From: a virus
Lineage: Duplodnaviria > Caudoviricetes
Length of the DNA stretch: 31,152 nucleotides
IMG/VR virus record: IMGVR_UViG_3300017903_000781
Location: 1-31,152 of that record
Strand: one strand, 5' to 3'
The notes under the pieces are model-generated. The model was given only the letters and a program-made list of their open reading frames with translations, made no database searches and had not been told where the DNA came from. Below, one piece after another: positions 7,279 to 16,148 of this stretch; within the stretch, counting starts at the first letter, position 1; every line of letters starts with the position of its first letter. The translations under genes and the position numbers were made by a program.

Positions 7279-8914
7279 CCTCGTCTCCTTTCTTTACTTG
7301 GATCTGCACCTCGTCATGTACCCAGGCGATCACCTGGGCATCGAGGTTGGCTTCTTTGATTGCGTGATCGATCTCCACCAGCCATTGCTTGCAAAGCACG
7401 GCGCCGGCTGACTGGATCAGTGTGGACATCACAGAGTGCTGGCTGCGGACCTTGAGCCGGCGCTTGTCCAGGCCGTAGATCCACCCCTTCTCCGCTGCTA
7501 CTCCGAGCTGCGTTTTGAGCTCTCGGAACGCTGGGACGGATCTGAAGAAGTTGTCTCGTAGCTTCCGGCCAGCCGCAGGACTAGATCCCACCACTTCTCC
7601 GAGCTTACGGTCTCCACCTCCGAAGATGAGGGTGTAGATAAAGGTTTTGGCCTGATCTCTTGTGTCGAGCCCCGCCGCCTGTTGGTTAGCTGTGTGGATG
7701 TCACCGCTGAGGATCTCTTTCGCATATGCGCCACCATCGTTGAGGAAGTGAGCCAGGCAGCGAAGCTCGAGCCCAGACAGGTCAGATCCAACCAGGCTGT
7801 AGCCAGGCTGCACGGTGAATAGCTCACGGCATTGCTCACCGTAGGGCTGCCGGGTGCTAGGCACCTGGGCCAGGTTAGGCCCGACGTGGCTGGCGCGACC
7901 GGAGATACAACCGCCGCTAATGATGCGGTGGCGTAGCTTGCCGTCCTTTTCGACCTTCTGTAGCCAGGCCTGTTTGCCTTCAGCGAGCTGACCGATACGC
8001 TTCTGGATCAGGAAGATCTCAGACAGTCGTTTCGCTTCTGGGTAGGGCAAGTTACCAAGCACAACGTCATCGATCTGTGCATGACCGTCATTGGTCAGGA
8101 GCTTTGGCTCCCAGCCATACTTGCGGCGCAGACAGAATTCGATCTGCCGGCGGCTCATGTAGTTGAAGTAGACAGTCTTGCGCTTCTCGAAGGGCACACC
8201 CTTCTGGTAGCCGAGCTTGCTGTTGTTGACCTTGGGCACAATGGTCTCGGAGACCTCCCAGGGCTCAAACAGATCCTGCAGCTCACTGTCGAGCTCCTGG
8301 CGTCGTGCTGCCAGCTCTGCAAACAGCTTGCCGGCCTTCACCTCGTCAAAGGTCCAGCCGGCGTTGCCGATAGCATCGGTGATCCAGGCCACCTGGTGCT
8401 CGAGCTCAATGGCTCTCTCACTGACCTTGTCCACGTTGAAGATCCGATACAGGTGAGCAGTCAGACGGACGTCCTGCTCCATGTACTCGTGCATCTCCTC
8501 GTTCCAGCTCTCCCAGCCGCCGCTGTAGTCGCCTTTGTGGTTCCGCAGCCGGTGACCCCAGGCAGCAAGACTGTGGCTGCCATAGAGGCGCTTAGGCATG
8601 TCCCTTTCGGCATCCCAGTCTTCACGTTTCAGGTCGGAGTAGATGAGGCGCGAGAGGATCAGCGTGTCAGTGATCTTCGCTTCTGTGTTCCAGCCAGGCT
8701 TGACGATCTGGATGGCTGGAATGTCGTAGTTGATGATGTTGTGGCCGATGATCTCATCAGCCTTGGAGAGACGCAGCAGTGCGCTGTCAACCTCGTCCGG
8801 CTTGTAGCCTCGATAGTCACCGGTATCGAGATCCAGGATCCCGATGCAGTGAATGCGGTCTATCGTATCGAGTAAGCCGTTGCTCTCCAGGTCGAAGAAC
8901 AACCGCTCTGTCAT
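7163..8914 (-). CDS. polA: Family A DNA polymerase (T7 gp5-like)
   Basis: Exo motifs FDLES, GHNIINYD, YMEQDV; polymerase motifs DLSGLELR, RDQAKTFIY, VHDE. Confidence 0.96.
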   Translation of the reverse strand: MTERLFFDLESNGLLDTIDRIHCIGILDLDTGDYRGYKPDEVDSALLRLSKADEIIGHNIINYDIPAIQIVKPGWNTEAKITDTLILSRLIYSDLKREDWDAERDMPKRLYGSHSLAAWGHRLRNHKGDYSGGWESWNEEMHEYMEQDVRLTAHLYRIFNVDKVSERAIELEHQVAWITDAIGNAGWTFDEVKAGKLFAELAARRQELDSELQDLFEPWEVSETIVPKVNNSKLGYQKGVPFEKRKTVYFNYMSRRQIEFCLRRKYGWEPKLLTNDGHAQIDDVVLGNLPYPEAKRLSEIFLIQKRIGQLAEGKQAWLQKVEKDGKLRHRIISGGCISGRASHVGPNLAQVPSTRQPYGEQCRELFTVQPGYSLVGSDLSGLELRCLAHFLNDGGAYAKEILSGDIHTANQQAAGLDTRDQAKTFIYTLIFGGGDRKLGEVVGSSPAAGRKLRDNFFRSVPAFRELKTQLGVAAEKGWIYGLDKRRLKVRSQHSVMSTLIQSAGAVLCKQWLVEIDHAIKEANLDAQVIAWVHDEVQIQVKKGDEDVVGDIARRAAQKAGEAYSFRCPIAAEYAVGRTWRDTH

Positions 8915-9249
8915 CTGTTGTCACCTGACCCGCCGATGACACCGCGCTCTTGCCGGCTCTCTAGCTTATCGATGTTGGCAGATGCGACGTCGCTGAAGCT
9001 ATAGTCGAGCTCATAAGCAAGCATGGCTGTGTACCACAGCACGTCACCGAGCTCAGCGATGATGGCTTTCTTTTGCTCGAAGGTTAGCTTCTCGAGCTGC
9101 GTCTCGTTATCTCTGATCAGCTTCTTCAGCTTGTCAGCGACCTCGCCGGCCTCACTTGTTAGACCCAAGGCCAGGTATTGCAGCTCCTGGCCATCAGGAT
9201 ATGTCGCGGTGGACGTGGCAGCCCACTGGTATTCGTCAAAGTCTTTCAT
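8911..9249 (-). CDS. mazG: MazG-like nucleotide pyrophosphohydrolase
   Basis: LGLTSEAGEVADKLKK...ELGDVLWY...NIDKLESR motif set. Confidence 0.9.
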   Translation of the reverse strand: MKDFDEYQWAATSTATYPDGQELQYLALGLTSEAGEVADKLKKLIRDNETQLEKLTFEQKKAIIAELGDVLWYTAMLAYELDYSFSDVASANIDKLESRQERGVIGGSGDNR

Positions 9250-9427
9250 TGGCTATGTTCCCCTTGGCTATCTCTTTGGCTATCGCCTGGCGCAGCTCGC
9301 CCTTGTAGGCCCAGGGATCTTCGAGCAGACGCTCGCGGATCTTGAGCTGGTAGGTACGCCTTCGTTTCGGTTCATTGGTTCGCTGCATGGCCTCGACGAA
9401 GGTCATGCAGTAGTCGTAGGTGGACAT
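9236..9427 (-). CDS. Hypothetical protein (~63 aa)
   Basis: Fills the gap between primase-helicase and MazG; ATG at 9427 lies 2 nt after the upstream stop. Confidence 0.6.
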   Translation of the reverse strand: MSTYDYCMTFVEAMQRTNEPKRRRTYQLKIRERLLEDPWAYKGELRQAIAKEIAKGNIANERL

Positions 9428-9429
9428 CC

Positions 9430-11034
9430 TCAAAACAGCGCCTCCGATGGTCGTAGACGGCCACTGGTCCGGTCGAAGGACACAGAGCCGGCAAAGCCTG
9501 TTTCGCCTGTCCAGCGGTTCTTCAGAACGTGTAGATGCCGGGTGTCGCCGTCGGGGTTGTCGGGATCGATCTGCAGTGAGATGCAGATGTCGCTGAGCTG
9601 CGCGATGCTGTGGGATCCACGTAGCTGGCCCAGGCGTACCTTGGCACCGTCCTCGTGGCCCTTGTCGCCCTCAGGCCGGCGCAGGTGCGATACGATGACG
9701 AGCCCGATGTCGAGCTCTTGGACCAGGGTTCGTAGCCTGGTCATCGCCATGTCGATCAGCTTGCGCTCATCGTTGGTGGCCAGGCCGGACACCAGGATCG
9801 AGATGTGATCGATGATGCAGAACCTGACACCCAGGGCGCGGACCATGTACTGGATCCGGTTGCAGATAACGTCCAGGTCGGATGAGCCGAAGTGATCGAA
9901 AAGGTACAATGGACGAGCGGGAGGAAATAACTCGTCAAAGGCCTCTTCGATCACCTCGTCGGTCACGTCGGATCTATCGACAGTGACGTTCTTCGATAGA
10001 TGGATCCCGACCAAACCAAGCAGTGAACGCTTGGTGCTCTCCTCGAGCATCATCATCCCGAGCGGTTCACCAATCTCATGGTGAAGGTGGTAGCAAAGCT
10101 CTCGGATAAAGGTGCTCTTACCGATCCCAGATCCTGCCGTCACCGTTACCAGCTCGCCTTTGCGGAGACCTTTGGTGATCTCCTGGAGGCGGTCAAAGGG
10201 ATAGGTAATCGTCGAGGCAGCATCGACTTCGCTGACGGTGTCTCTGAGATCTGCCGCCGCGACAATGCCATCAGGCCTGTATTCACGAGCCTGAAAGATT
10301 GCGTTGACGACGTCTGCCGATTTGCCCTGAAGAAGACACTCGTTTGCATCCTTCAGAGGCAGATGGGCGAGCTTGGCCTTACCAGCCGGCAGCGTCTCAG
10401 CAACCTTGACGGCCGCCGCCTGACCAGGCTCGTCCATATCAAACATAATGATGATTTCCTCGAAGCCTTCGAGGTAGTCCCAGTTCTCTTTGATAGAACG
10501 CACCGCTGAGCTCGAGCCGTTAGGGAGACCAACTGTCGCCCAGCGGTGGTTCTGTAGCTGCGAGACGGTGATCGTGTCGATCTCGCCTTCGCAGATCACC
10601 AGCTTCTTGCCGGTGTTCCATAAGTGCTGGCCGAAGAAAGGCATCTTCTTACCGTCACCGAGGATGCGAAACTGCTTGTCTGGGGTGCGTATCTTCTGCG
10701 CGACCACCTGACCGTGATTGTTGCGGTAGTTAGCAATCTGGACTGGCTGGTGGCCGTCATGCCCTACCTGGTAGCCAAACTTGCGGCAGCTCTCCTCGCT
10801 CAGTCCTCGAGCTTTGAGCGTTTGATACGTGCCCTCGAGTAGGTCTTTTTGCTTCTGACGATGCTTGGCCTGTGGCGCTTCAGAGCCTTCGCTACCGGGT
10901 TCGGCTGCCGGCGTGTAGATCTGGCATTTGAAGCAGTACGTGTGCCCATCGTCGTACTCCGCTGCGTTATCCATGCTTCCGCAACTGGGGCATGGGACGT
11001 GTGAAACGAAAGTGCTCTCCTTCGTTTGTTCCAT
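9430..11034 (-). CDS. Primase-helicase (T7 gp4-like)
   Basis: Zn finger CPSC..CFKC, TOPRIM EGEID and DMDEPG, Walker A GSGIGKS, IDHIS, VSHL, LRGS, KNR; start revised to ATG 11034 (SD AGGGAG). Confidence 0.96.
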   Translation of the reverse strand: MEQTKESTFVSHVPCPSCGSMDNAAEYDDGHTYCFKCQIYTPAAEPGSEGSEAPQAKHRQKQKDLLEGTYQTLKARGLSEESCRKFGYQVGHDGHQPVQIANYRNNHGQVVAQKIRTPDKQFRILGDGKKMPFFGQHLWNTGKKLVICEGEIDTITVSQLQNHRWATVGLPNGSSSAVRSIKENWDYLEGFEEIIIMFDMDEPGQAAAVKVAETLPAGKAKLAHLPLKDANECLLQGKSADVVNAIFQAREYRPDGIVAAADLRDTVSEVDAASTITYPFDRLQEITKGLRKGELVTVTAGSGIGKSTFIRELCYHLHHEIGEPLGMMMLEESTKRSLLGLVGIHLSKNVTVDRSDVTDEVIEEAFDELFPPARPLYLFDHFGSSDLDVICNRIQYMVRALGVRFCIIDHISILVSGLATNDERKLIDMAMTRLRTLVQELDIGLVIVSHLRRPEGDKGHEDGAKVRLGQLRGSHSIAQLSDICISLQIDPDNPDGDTRHLHVLKNRWTGETGFAGSVSFDRTSGRLRPSEALF

Positions 11035-11051
11035 ATGACTGTCTCCCTTAG

Positions 11052-11468
11052 TCATTCAGAGAGCCAGGCATCCGGTATCGTCTTGTTGGCGTAAACGAAG
11101 CCATGCTTTTCGCACCACATCGCGTAGGTTGTGGGCGAGCCTTTATAGAGCTTGGCGTTTTGATTACTGAAGACGAACCGGATGTCGAGCTCGGGGTGTT
11201 GCTCACGGATCAGCAGGTGCTTCTGCCTGTCTTGGACAGTGAACCTGCCTTTGGTTTCGACATAAAAAAAGCCACCTGAAGCGGTGACGATCTTGAAGTC
11301 CGGTCTGTAGGTCGTTGGCCTGGCCGGCCATGTGAATGCTATCTTCTCTTGCTCGTAGATGACCGGCTTACCGGCGTCACTGAGCTGCTTCGCTGCCCTG
11401 TCTTCCAGGCCAGACCTATAGCCGTGTTTGATACCGCGAGACTTAGAAGTCCGCGTTGAACTCCGCAT
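11052..11468 (-). CDS. Endonuclease I / Holliday junction resolvase (T7 gp3-like)
   Basis: YRSGLE, YRPDF, VETKGRF, HPELDIRFVF, TTYAMWCEKHGF. Confidence 0.94.
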   Translation of the reverse strand: MRSSTRTSKSRGIKHGYRSGLEDRAAKQLSDAGKPVIYEQEKIAFTWPARPTTYRPDFKIVTASGGFFYVETKGRFTVQDRQKHLLIREQHPELDIRFVFSNQNAKLYKGSPTTYAMWCEKHGFVYANKTIPDAWLSE

Positions 11469-11997
11469 TGTCTGCGCCGTTCACGCTGCTGTCGAAGTTG
11501 TCGCTTTCGCTGACCACAAAGCCGTCCTCAACGGCATCAAAGCCATCAGAGTCCTCGACCTGTGAGACAGGATCGATCACCTGTACTGCTGTCAGGTTCA
11601 TCGTGACACCCCAGTTGGCTCCAGTGTCGTAAGGCGTCATCGTGCCCTTCAGCTTCAGGACACTACCGCCAAACATACGCGGCACCTGTCCCTCTGGGAT
11701 GACGTTGCCCTTGCTGTCATGGAACTTGGGCTTGTACTTCGACTTAGTCTTGAAGACGATTTCACCAGTCTCCTGGTCCTGTTCCCAGGGCATACGAGCG
11801 TTGGACGCTTTGTCGCCCAGGCCTTCTTTGGCCAGGAGAGTGGCGGCTTCCATGATCTCTTTTGCCTGGTCAACAGGGACACGAAGACCACACTTGTAGA
11901 TGCCGTCAGGCTTGTGGAACTTCGTGTCTGGCTGTGTCAGCCAAGGATAGACTGCCCTTCCCTTGTGGGTTCGGAAGTTGGTTCTAGCTGCGGCCAT
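11443..11997 (-). CDS. ssb: Single-stranded DNA-binding protein (T7 gp2.5-like)
   Basis: YPWLTQPDTKF, GGSVLK, LTAVQVID, acidic tail ending in F; position between RNAP and endonuclease; SD AAGGAG. Confidence 0.9.
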   Translation of the reverse strand: MAAARTNFRTHKGRAVYPWLTQPDTKFHKPDGIYKCGLRVPVDQAKEIMEAATLLAKEGLGDKASNARMPWEQDQETGEIVFKTKSKYKPKFHDSKGNVIPEGQVPRMFGGSVLKLKGTMTPYDTGANWGVTMNLTAVQVIDPVSQVEDSDGFDAVEDGFVVSESDNFDSSVNGADNAEFNADF

Positions 11998-12164
11998 CGT
12001 CTCTTCTCCTTTGATTGTTCGATGGTGGTGGGATTGGTAGGCTGATCTAGCTCAGACAAAAGGATGCCGAGGCTATCTGCTTCTGCCAGCAGATCAGCCG
12101 GTACCGGCTCACCGCGCATGAGGTGAAGCCGGGCCAACCCCAGCACCCGCTCTCGCAAGTGCAT
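11937..12164 (-). CDS. Hypothetical protein (75 aa) after RNAP
   Basis: SD GGAG before ATG; fills the RNAP-SSB gap; last 61 nt overlap the SSB start. Confidence 0.65.
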   Translation of the reverse strand: MHLRERVLGLARLHLMRGEPVPADLLAEADSLGILLSELDQPTNPTTIEQSKEKRRWPQLEPTSEPTREGQSILG

Positions 12165-12191
12165 GGGGTTCTCCGTTTCTTTCGGGGTTGG

Positions 12192-14801
12192 TTAGAGGAA
12201 GCAGTACTGACTACGCAGCACGTCTTCCAGAACCAGGTCACCCTTCTCAGGGATCTCTGGGAAGCTGACGCTGTCAGGATCGTCGATGTAATCGCGAACC
12301 TGGTCGGCCAGCATAGTGTAGAGACAGTTGTCTCTATAAAGCTCAACGAAGCTCTGGCGAACCGCGTTGAACATCTTAGGACAGTCTGCCGGCATCACGC
12401 CGAAGCTGTCGTGTATCAAGAAGAAGTCACGGATGCGGTGGTTATCAACCGCATTCAGGACTGTCATCTGTAGGTGACAGGCGTCCATCGAATGGATGAC
12501 GTTGGGGCTCACTGAGCTCCTGTTCTTACGCCTGTCAGGGGTGGTCAGATCATCACGCTCCTCACGTTTCTCCAAAACAGTTACCTGTGTGCGCTTGCGT
12601 ACATTGGTGTCTCTATCGTGGAGATACAGTTTGATCTTTTTGCCAATCATCTGGTCATAGCGATGATAGACAGGGAAGTTGAGCGGTGTCGTCCAGGCCA
12701 TCAGCTTGCCATCCTTCGAGCAGATGTCGGCCAAGGCCTTGAAGTAGGCCATGCCCTCAGCGCCCTTGAAAATGACATCGTTGACGGCCTTCCAGACCTG
12801 CTTGGCCATGAAGTTAGCTGCCTGATAGCCATCGTCGTCACCGAAGGGGTGGACATCGATCCTGCCCTTCATCACGTCGTTGGCCAGTGGTTTCATCAGG
12901 TCGTCCTTTAGTTGTTCCGCGAAACCGAAAAGGTTTGAGCCATAACCAAAGGTCATGGTTTGCCGCTTCACGACAGACCTGGTGACACCGTAGTCTAGCC
13001 ACAGTTTAGCCTGTGGTGTCCCATCAGCCTCGAGCTGCGCGATCACCTTATCGGCGACGACCTGGTAGATGTCCTGAGGCTTGTCGCTGACCGTGAGGTT
13101 GACCATGTGACCTTCATCCAGCGACCTGGACGCCGCCGAGTAATGCTGAGCTGCAGAGTTACTACCGTCCAGGCCTATGGGTAGACCACACCTGTACTCA
13201 AAGCCGTGCTCACAGACCTGAGCATACTCGTGACACGCAGCTAGGAACTCGAAGGGCTTGTCTGCCTTCGACCAGTAGTCGTAACTGCCGGCAAAGTCAG
13301 TGCCGCAGCGGATGATGTCATCCTCGTTCTCAATGACCCAGTCGAGCCTATCTTGCAGTGGTTTCTTCGAGATCTTACCGAAGTCACCTAAATCGGCGAC
13401 CTTCAGTGCCAGAAACTTGAAGCCCTCTTCACCGATAGGCTTGGCTCTCTGTAGTAGGAACAGGCTTTTGCAGTAGCTGTCGCGGTGGTGGTTGAAGGTC
13501 GGCACCGGATAGATGCGGCCACGAAAATCCATGTTGTGGGGCAGATAGAATTCATCGTATTGCTCCAGGAAGAACGCGGTAGACAGATCGTGATACATGA
13601 TCACCCTACCACCATCGATCTCTCGGTTCCGCATTAGCTTCTTGCGTCGCTCTAGCACCCAGCCCTTCTTGCGGTCTGCTGTCCAGTCGTCGTAGTCGTC
13701 GGGTCTTGGCGGTAACTCCACATGCTCGTGCTGTGGGAACTTCTTGATCGGCATCTCGTTCTGCCACGCCCAGTAGACAGCGGCTAGTGTGTACGAGTTG
13801 ACCTTGAACGGTGTCCGCTGGATTAAGTTAAGACTGTCCAGTAGATCCTTCAACTCACCTCGCTCGAGGCGCTTGTTGATGTCTTTAACCTGGTTCCGGT
13901 TTGCACCTTTGACCAGCTTGAGCTGCAAAGACAGCGAAGGGTCCAGGTAAGCACCAGTATTGTAGCCATCCCAGTCCTTTGGTGGGACGATCATAGGCTG
14001 CCACATGGGCTCCATCCAACTCTCAGCGTACTCAGCTTCTGCAATCAGATCTGAAGCCGCTTCAGTCAGACCAACGCGCCTGACGGTCTTGCCGTCATTG
14101 TCGTAGAAGTCCCAGACCTCGAATAGATCTGTGTTGGACAAGATGCAGCTCATCAGAGGCGCTGCCATCTTGACGGCCTCGCTGGGCTTGAAGCCCTTCT
14201 CACGAAAACCCTCATTACCTGCGATGGCCTTGGCTGCCTTCATCCGATAACGCATCGAGACATGATCGCGGCGGACCTTGTCCTCGATCCTCTTAGCCAG
14301 CTTCTTGTCGAAAGCTCGAAGCCTGGCAGACCATAGCTCCATTTCAAGGGTCTTACCCATGTTGACCAGGCAGCTATTCAGCGTCCTGTTGTAGGCCACG
14401 CTGTCCATCATCACAGACATACCGGCTAAAGCCATGACCTCAGCGCCATTAGGTAGGTCTAGGAGCTCCGACCACACCTTCATCCACGCGAAGGGTCTAT
14501 GGTTTGCTCCGATCTCATCCTCATGGATCTTCTTAAGAGCCTCAGCAACGACAACAACCATGTCATCAATTAAAGCTCTAGGCTTGCCTTCGTTAGACCA
14601 AACCTTCTTCTTGCCCTTCCTATCGAGAAACCTTGCACGTCCTTGGGCAATCATGTCCTTCTCATGCTCCAGCTCCCCGAGGGTACCTGGTGCAAACTTA
14701 GGTTTGATCTTAAGGCCGTGGGTCTGCGGTCCTGTCTCTTTGTTGTAGTCGTAGTTGTGAGAACCTAAGTTCCCTTCAGTCCTGGCATCTGTTCTAGCCA
14801 T
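12192..14801 (-). CDS. Single-subunit DNA-directed RNA polymerase (T7 gp1-like)
   Basis: PMIVPPKDW, DFRGRIY, motif A DGSNSAAQH, motif B RSVVKRQTMTFGYG, PNVIHSMDA, motif C IHDSFG, hydrophobic C-terminus YCFL; SD GAGGAG. Confidence 0.97.
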   Translation of the reverse strand: MARTDARTEGNLGSHNYDYNKETGPQTHGLKIKPKFAPGTLGELEHEKDMIAQGRARFLDRKGKKKVWSNEGKPRALIDDMVVVVAEALKKIHEDEIGANHRPFAWMKVWSELLDLPNGAEVMALAGMSVMMDSVAYNRTLNSCLVNMGKTLEMELWSARLRAFDKKLAKRIEDKVRRDHVSMRYRMKAAKAIAGNEGFREKGFKPSEAVKMAAPLMSCILSNTDLFEVWDFYDNDGKTVRRVGLTEAASDLIAEAEYAESWMEPMWQPMIVPPKDWDGYNTGAYLDPSLSLQLKLVKGANRNQVKDINKRLERGELKDLLDSLNLIQRTPFKVNSYTLAAVYWAWQNEMPIKKFPQHEHVELPPRPDDYDDWTADRKKGWVLERRKKLMRNREIDGGRVIMYHDLSTAFFLEQYDEFYLPHNMDFRGRIYPVPTFNHHRDSYCKSLFLLQRAKPIGEEGFKFLALKVADLGDFGKISKKPLQDRLDWVIENEDDIIRCGTDFAGSYDYWSKADKPFEFLAACHEYAQVCEHGFEYRCGLPIGLDGSNSAAQHYSAASRSLDEGHMVNLTVSDKPQDIYQVVADKVIAQLEADGTPQAKLWLDYGVTRSVVKRQTMTFGYGSNLFGFAEQLKDDLMKPLANDVMKGRIDVHPFGDDDGYQAANFMAKQVWKAVNDVIFKGAEGMAYFKALADICSKDGKLMAWTTPLNFPVYHRYDQMIGKKIKLYLHDRDTNVRKRTQVTVLEKREERDDLTTPDRRKNRSSVSPNVIHSMDACHLQMTVLNAVDNHRIRDFFLIHDSFGVMPADCPKMFNAVRQSFVELYRDNCLYTMLADQVRDYIDDPDSVSFPEIPEKGDLVLEDVLRSQYCFL

Positions 14802-14832
14802 AGCACTCTCTCCTCAACCCATGCTGCTACGC

Positions 14833-14849
14833 ATAAGGTGGACATAAGT
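14833..14849 (-). promoter_or_regulatory. Candidate phage RNAP promoter directly upstream of the RNAP gene: ACTTATGTCCACCTTAT|GCG
   Basis: First 14 nt identical to the 16560-16576 copy; intergenic; 31 nt upstream of the RNAP ATG. Confidence 0.65.
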
Positions 14850-14851
14850 CT

Positions 14852-14875
14852 TCAGAAGCAGCCTGAGAGGCTGCT
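14852..14875 (-). terminator. Hairpin, possible weak terminator/attenuator between int operon and RNAP gene
   Basis: Perfect 8-bp inverted repeat AGCAGCCT (14857-14864) / AGGCTGCT (14868-14875); only a poor U-tract follows. Confidence 0.45.
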
Positions 14876-14884
14876 GCGGATGTC

Positions 14885-15094
14885 TTAGAAGAGGAGAGTG
14901 GTGCTGGGATCAGCGGTGTTTTGAAAAGTGATTAAATCATAAAAGCCACAAGTCAGAGCTACGGCCTGGTCTACGCGAGGTGGTGCCGTAGCCCAATCGT
15001 CGTCACCGTCAATGTGCTTCCAGCTCGGTGGCCCATTTGCCGAGCCACGATTACTTCTGTTTGGGTTACCTGTCAGTTTAAAAGGGTTCCTCAT
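14885..15094 (-). CDS. Hypothetical protein (69 aa) between integrase and RNAP
   Basis: Strong SD AAGGAG 6 nt before ATG; no recognisable motif. Confidence 0.55.
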   Translation of the reverse strand: MRNPFKLTGNPNRSNRGSANGPPSWKHIDGDDDWATAPPRVDQAVALTCGFYDLITFQNTADPSTTLLF

Positions 15095-15123
15095 TGTTGT
15101 CTCCTTCTGTTCACTTTCCGTTC

Positions 15124-15951
15124 TTACTTCACCATCATGGCTTTTGCAATATCCATCGAGCTGTCATCAGTCAGCTTGATGTACTTCTTAGTCGTCTCGC
15201 TGCTGCGGTGCCCCAGGAACTTGCCGATCAGTGTCGTGTTGATGTTCAGATCGTTGGCCATCTTCGTGGCAGCAGTGTGACGACAGACGTGAAATACAAA
15301 GTCTTTGTCGCCCCTGGCGATGGTGTACCTGGCCTCATCCCACACGTTGTAGAAGACACGGTGTGAGTACCACTTGCCGGCGCTAAGAGCGTCGTAGGCG
15401 GCCTTAGCAACCTCATTGAGAGGTATGTCCCTGGCGTCACCGTTCTTGGTCTTATGCAGACGCAGGACCGGCATCGAGCCACCCTTGATCAGCTCACTGT
15501 GCTCAGTTCCGATCTTCAGGATCTCGCCGTGCCTCATGCCTGTCTGCAAAGACAGGATGGCCATGTCAGCCATCCATGGTGCCCTGGAGCGCCGTAGGAA
15601 GGCCACCAGGCGCTCCTGCTCCTTTTCGGTAAAGAACCTAGGCCGGCCCTCAGGCTCCTTCTCATAGCGGACCTGAGGCGCTCTAGTGATGAACTCCTCG
15701 TGCACGGCGTGTTTGAACACCGAGCTGACAGCCGCTGCGTAGCGGTTGGCACTAGATGTTGATAATCCGTCAGACACAAGATGTTGTAGGAAGGCCCGGA
15801 TGTCCCGAGCCTTGAAGTTGTCGAGGTGACGACGACCGTAATCGTCGAAGTCGCAGAACCTGGCTACACGCTGCAAGCTCTCGGAGTAGTGCTTGGTGCC
15901 TGGTGTCCAGATGTTGTCGGCCTCGGTCTTGATGAATGTTGCAATGTCCAT
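15124..15951 (-). CDS. int: Tyrosine recombinase / integrase (275 aa)
   Basis: TGMRHGE (R), KTKNG (K), HVCRH (HxxR), LGH, TTKKY (Y); core-binding region present, no N-terminal arm-binding domain; SD GAGGAG. Confidence 0.95.
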   Translation of the reverse strand: MDIATFIKTEADNIWTPGTKHYSESLQRVARFCDFDDYGRRHLDNFKARDIRAFLQHLVSDGLSTSSANRYAAAVSSVFKHAVHEEFITRAPQVRYEKEPEGRPRFFTEKEQERLVAFLRRSRAPWMADMAILSLQTGMRHGEILKIGTEHSELIKGGSMPVLRLHKTKNGDARDIPLNEVAKAAYDALSAGKWYSHRVFYNVWDEARYTIARGDKDFVFHVCRHTAATKMANDLNINTTLIGKFLGHRSSETTKKYIKLTDDSSMDIAKAMMVK

Positions 15952-15962
15952 CGAAGGTCTCC

Positions 15963-16148
15963 TCAGAATGTAGGGATGTACTCTTCACCCGAGGCCCGGA
16001 AGGCCTCGAGGTTTTCCAGTTGGTCACGCAGGAACGTGCAGTCGATACCGTCCCACTCGAGATCGTCGATGCGATCCTTCAAGGCCTGGATCGCGGAGTG
16101 AACCGGGATCAGGCGCGGATCGTCTTGCGGTGCTACCCAAGCCATCAT
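15963..16148 (-). CDS. Hypothetical early protein (~61 aa, acidic)
   Basis: ATG at 16148 overlaps upstream stop (ATGA) with SD AGGGG; ends ...GEEYIPTF just before the int SD. Confidence 0.7.
   Translation of the reverse strand: MMAWVAPQDDPRLIPVHSAIQALKDRIDDLEWDGIDCTFLRDQLENLEAFRASGEEYIPTF

Noticed and set aside
9417-9433. Fourth promoter copy (ATGTCCACCTA)
   Set aside because: Only the core matches; it lacks ACTT and the AT-rich end, and it is explained by the start codons Met-Ser-Thr-Tyr of the 63-aa gene.
8081-9808. Plus-strand ORFs of 264 aa and 261 aa, and the other plus-strand ORFs in the track
   Set aside because: They lie antisense to well-supported genes (pol, MazG, primase-helicase), lack convincing SDs and show no recognisable motifs.
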